Part shown: in pieces, positions 60,055-64,000 of the stretch
Position numbering within the stretch: position 1 is the first letter of the stretch
Layout: each line of letters starts with the position of its first letter
Assembly (NCBI RefSeq): GCF_964355755.1
Contig: NC_092679.1
Span: 14,367,432 to 14,431,431, forward strand
Direction of reading: 5' to 3'
Length of the DNA stretch: 64,000 bases
DNA from: Antedon mediterranea
Lineage: Eukaryota; Animalia; Echinodermata
Notes under the pieces: generated by a model
Database searches by the model: none
Told to the model about the DNA's origin: nothing
The model's input: only the letters and a program-made list of their open reading frames with translations
Position numbers and translations under genes: made by a program

Positions 60055-61275
60055 GTTATTTAACTGAGGCACTTATTCGAAGTGAGGTAGTTATTCAAAG
60101 TGAGGTACTAATTCTAAGTGAAGTACTTTCAGATGAGGAACTGTACATTACAGTATTTATAGTGAGGGCAAACATTTACAGTTATGCAACTGGGAAACTT
60201 TATTCAACTGAGTTTTACAGTACTTATTCAACTGAGCCGCTATCATATCAATAATAAGGCACTTAAAAGCCCCCTTCCCTACGTTTTTTAGATCTAATGT
60301 AAAAATAATATTATATGGTCCTATTGCGATAACTTTTTTCGTCTTTAAACGGTTAAAAATGTGAAAAATAAGTTGATTCTAATAATTATAGCGGCCCGCT
60401 ATAAATCCCAAAATGCATTGCGCGCGGATTGATATTTTTGTTTTTCACCTGTAATTCGCCCACTTTTCGATCGATCGTGAGGCCAAAACAAATGGAAGAC
60501 TCCTAACCTTTCAGCGAAAATACCGGGTTTTTCCCAATTTGGAACTTATTCAAGCTGAAAAAACTTCAACTGAGGAAATTAGACATTTCTTAATTTACTT
60601 ATTTAACTAAGGCACATATTCAACTGGGGCACTTATTCAACTGAGAAACTTATTCAACTGAGGCACTTATTTAACTGAGGAACTATTCAACTGAGGAACT
60701 TATTCAACTGAGGAACTATTCAACCAAGGAACTTCAACTGAGAAAATTATACATTTCTTAATCTACTTATTCAACTGAACTAAGGCACATATTCAACTAA
60801 GACACATATTCAACTGGGGCACATATTCAACTGGGGAACTTATTCAACTGAAAGCACTTATTCTTGAACTGAAGTCTTTACAGCATTTATACAGTATACA
60901 AACTGAGTGGCTGATTAAAATCAAATCTTAAATAAACTGAGTTACCAATATTCAAATGAAGCACTTATTTTGAAATGATAGGCGCCTTTTCAACTGATGC
61001 ATTTATTTATGTACTGTACTTATTCAACTACTATAGCCACTTAATATTCAACTTAGGTACTTAGAGAACTTTAGTTCAATTGAAGTAGATTCAATTGAGG
61101 CATTTGCACAGTATTCAACTGAGATACTTGGTGAACGGAGGAACTTATTCAACTAAGACACTTATTCAACTGAGGCACTTATTTAACTGAGGAATTTATT
61201 CAACTGAGGCACTTATTCAAACTGAGGAACTTACTAGTATTCAAATTTGGTGAACTGAAGTGCTTATTCAATTGG
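60055..61275. repeat. Degenerate ~17-18-bp tandem repeat (ACTTATTCAACTGAGGC)n, interrupted at ~60260-60540
   Basis: Motif recurs dozens of times. Confidence 0.85.
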
Positions 61276-61798
61276 CCACCAGCATTTGTAATTGTGTTAT
61301 GTACTATCAATAGTCCAACCATCCACTTTCTCTTACTTGTCTCATTACAGTAACATTCAAACTTTTTTTAAATCTCTTTTTTGATAAATTTGCTGATTTA
61401 CTGTATATAGAAATATGTATTTATTTCTTTTTGAACATTAATAAAACGGATAAATTAAAATTTTGTAATTGTATTTCTAATATTTGTTATATTTTCATCT
61501 GACACTGACAGGTTTCCATCATTTGACCACCATGCCAGTGACAGATTGATAGCCCTTCATATCATCATTAGATTTATTACACATCATCACATTTCAAGTG
61601 TTGATTTTTATCACTGATAATAAAACACAAAGTCACAATTTCACCATACAAAACTAGTAATAAAATGTTGTTATTATGGTTTTTTCAGGACTGAATAACA
61701 TGCATATAATAATATAATTAGTTATTGGAAATTCACTTTAAAATGGAAATATCCCCTGTCCCTCCCTTTCCTTGACCCCACCCTGTACATTAAATTTA

Positions 61799-62147
61799 TG
61801 CACTTGTCAATTGTATGACCCACTATACGACCCCCGGGAGAGGTGCGTCATTTGTCCGATGTGCGTCATACTTTTGAATACCATGACGCACCCGTGCGTC
61901 AAAAAGGTGACTTACCTTTAGGTGACCATGACGCACCCATTTTGACGCACTGTGACCATGTTGTTTATGATATGGTGGGTAGTAAAGTGACGGACATTGA
62001 CGCACCTTGTTCATTGATGTGACGTACCATCTAGGTTTTTTGACGCACCCCTGCGTCAGTAATTATTTGTAAATGACACACCCATGACGCACCCATGACG
62101 CACCTCTCCCGGGGGTCGTATAGTGGGTCATACAATTGATAAGTGCA
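61799..62147. mobile_element. MITE with ~50-bp TIRs and TTA TSD (PIF/Harbinger-like)
   Basis: TTA-TGCACTTGTCAATTGTATGACCCACTATACGACCCCCGGGAGAGGTGCGTCA ... inverted counterpart-TTA; internal TGACGCAC repeats. Confidence 0.85.
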
Positions 62148-62391
62148 TTACTACACATCACATTTCAAGTGCAGATTTTTATTACTGATAATAAACACTT
62201 AAACCAAAAATGTCACCATACAACATACACAAGTAATACATTTTTTTTTATAAATTAATATTAAATTATTTATTTCTTTTAGTTTACAGAACAAATCAAA
62301 AAAGCATAATTAAAAAAGTTTATGTTTGAACTAATTAGATCAAGGTCTAATTTTCTTATTCCATTCCAACATCATTATTGCATACTCCTTA

Positions 62392-62572
62392 AGGGTCTTT
62401 CACACCTGTTCCGGCACGGTTCCGGTCCGGCGAATCGAACATCAATGTTTCGTTTTCACGCGGCTATGCGCCAATCGATATGCGCGTAGCCGCGTGAAAA
62501 CGAAACATTGACGTTCGATTGGATTTTCCGGCGCCGGACTGGAACCGTGCTGGAACAGGTGTGAAAGACCCT
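62392..62572. mobile_element. Fully palindromic PIF/Harbinger-like MITE
   Basis: TTA-AGGGTCTTTCACACCTGTTCC...GGAACAGGTGTGAAAGACCCT-TTA; arms pair almost to the centre. Confidence 0.85.
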
Positions 62573-64000
62573 TTAATCATGAACCACTCATGAGACAAGC
62601 TCAAGATAAAACCATTGAAACTAGATTGTGGTTAAGCGTATTTTGTTGACCGTTTGTGTGCGAAATTTGGCCGAGCATGAAAAAAGTCTGTTTAAATTTG
62701 AGAAATAAATATTTTTTTAGATTTACTGTAAAATATATTAAAACACTCTAACCTCATTGACAATTCACGTCCGTGCCCTCCTTGACTGATACCCTTCCTA
62801 TTAATAATCTTTTACACATTTGTTTATACAGAATGATTTTAAAGGCCAGTGTATACTTGGGGCCGACGTGAGGTGGAACACGAGTAGTAACTTTGTAATA
62901 TACACAGACGCCAGCAATGCATCCAAGTGCGCATTCTGTATGGGTCTTCACATTGTACTGTTAATTTTCAGTCTAGTCTATGCTACGTATTGGCTTGTAA
63001 CGCTTATCCTGCGAAAAGAAGGAGTGTAAGTTTTAATTCATTTGCATAATTAATATTCGTTAAATTAGTTTAATTCTTGACTCCATTATGTGTTTATGTC
63101 TGAACACTTTCATACATGTACTGTAACATTTTTTCCCATAAAAACTTTCTGCTTCCATTTACTTAATTTATTTTTTCTATACTCAAAGTACATGGTCAGG
63201 ACAGGGTATTCTGCCTCTATTAATGGCGTTTCCAATTGCGCAGGTCATTTTTAGTTTTATAATATTTTTATAGTTTCTTAGATTGTACTTAAATTGTTTA
63301 TTTGTTTAATTGTTAATTGTTTTGTTTAGATTCTTAAAATCATGATGAGGAAAAATTTAAAGCATTTTGATATATCCCCAATCCGGTAAAGAAATAAAAG
63401 ATAGGATTTATTCATTAATTTGTTTTCATTATCTCATTTATTTATCATACACATTATATTTATATACAAAACACATAATTATGTACAAATATCAGTGAGT
63501 ACTGTCAATCAGTGAACGAAATGTGGATATACAGTAAAGGCATAGAAACTTGCTAAATCACATCTCCAGTATATACAATATTTAGAAAAGAAATCAAATC
63601 TGTAGACCTCTGACAAGTTGATCACCTAAATAATAAATCTTAAAAAATAAAATATAAATACAATTTCCTTATCTTTAGCTGTAAAAAGAAATACATTCAT
63701 ATCACTGGATGGTGTTGAGTTTCTATGCCTATCATAGTATTAAATAAATAAGTAATTATAGTGAATGAATAAATACACACACAGTATATAAATTCCATCT
63801 CCAGTTTAAAATATCAATATTTTTAAAAAGAAATCCAATCCAGATTGCTATTTTTATTCTCGTTACCTGCTAGCTATCACCTGCAGATAAAAAATAATGT
63901 ATTTTGAATTATAATTGATAATATTCATGATGATACTCTGAGTGCTATTTTGGTTCATTGACTTAAGCATATATCACTGACAATAACTTATACATAATTA

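Noticed and set aside
56200-64000. Additional protein-coding gene in the right-hand region
   Set aside because: I could not assemble exons or recognise any domain; the region appears to be repeats plus AT-rich intergenic or intronic DNA, though small or UTR exons cannot be excluded.

Overview
AT-rich, intron-rich animal genomic DNA, probably a marine invertebrate (inferred from the repeat content; not prokaryotic). (1) The + strand carries the last ten coding exons of a soluble adenylyl cyclase (ADCY10/sAC-like) gene, 1009-31938. (2) Its 22.9-kb intron (5825-28767) is mostly a sense-oriented tandem array of about 89 tRNA-Ser(GCT) genes (counted by eye) in ~220-bp units. Almost every copy is followed by a genomically encoded CCA. 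The array has higher-order duplications and many variant or defective copies, and a 1.56-kb Academ-like transposase fragment interrupts it. Three solitary Ser(GCT) genes lie in the same gene. (3) Two tandem five-exon TMEM179-like paralogues are on the - strand (34895-38107, 42086-48148). (4) A full-length but decayed Ty3/Gypsy (Mag-like) element (51410-56160, ~122-bp LTRs, GGTAT TSD) has a primer-binding site complementary to the 3' end of the amplified tRNA-Ser. It is itself disrupted by a chimeric 5S rRNA + tRNA + CORE-like SINE. (5) There are many MITEs (PIF/Harbinger-like, P-like, foldback), Helentron/Helitron-like elements, LINE fragments, tRNA-SINEs and minisatellites. All coordinates and counts were derived by hand, and family assignments come from recalled motifs rather than database searches.
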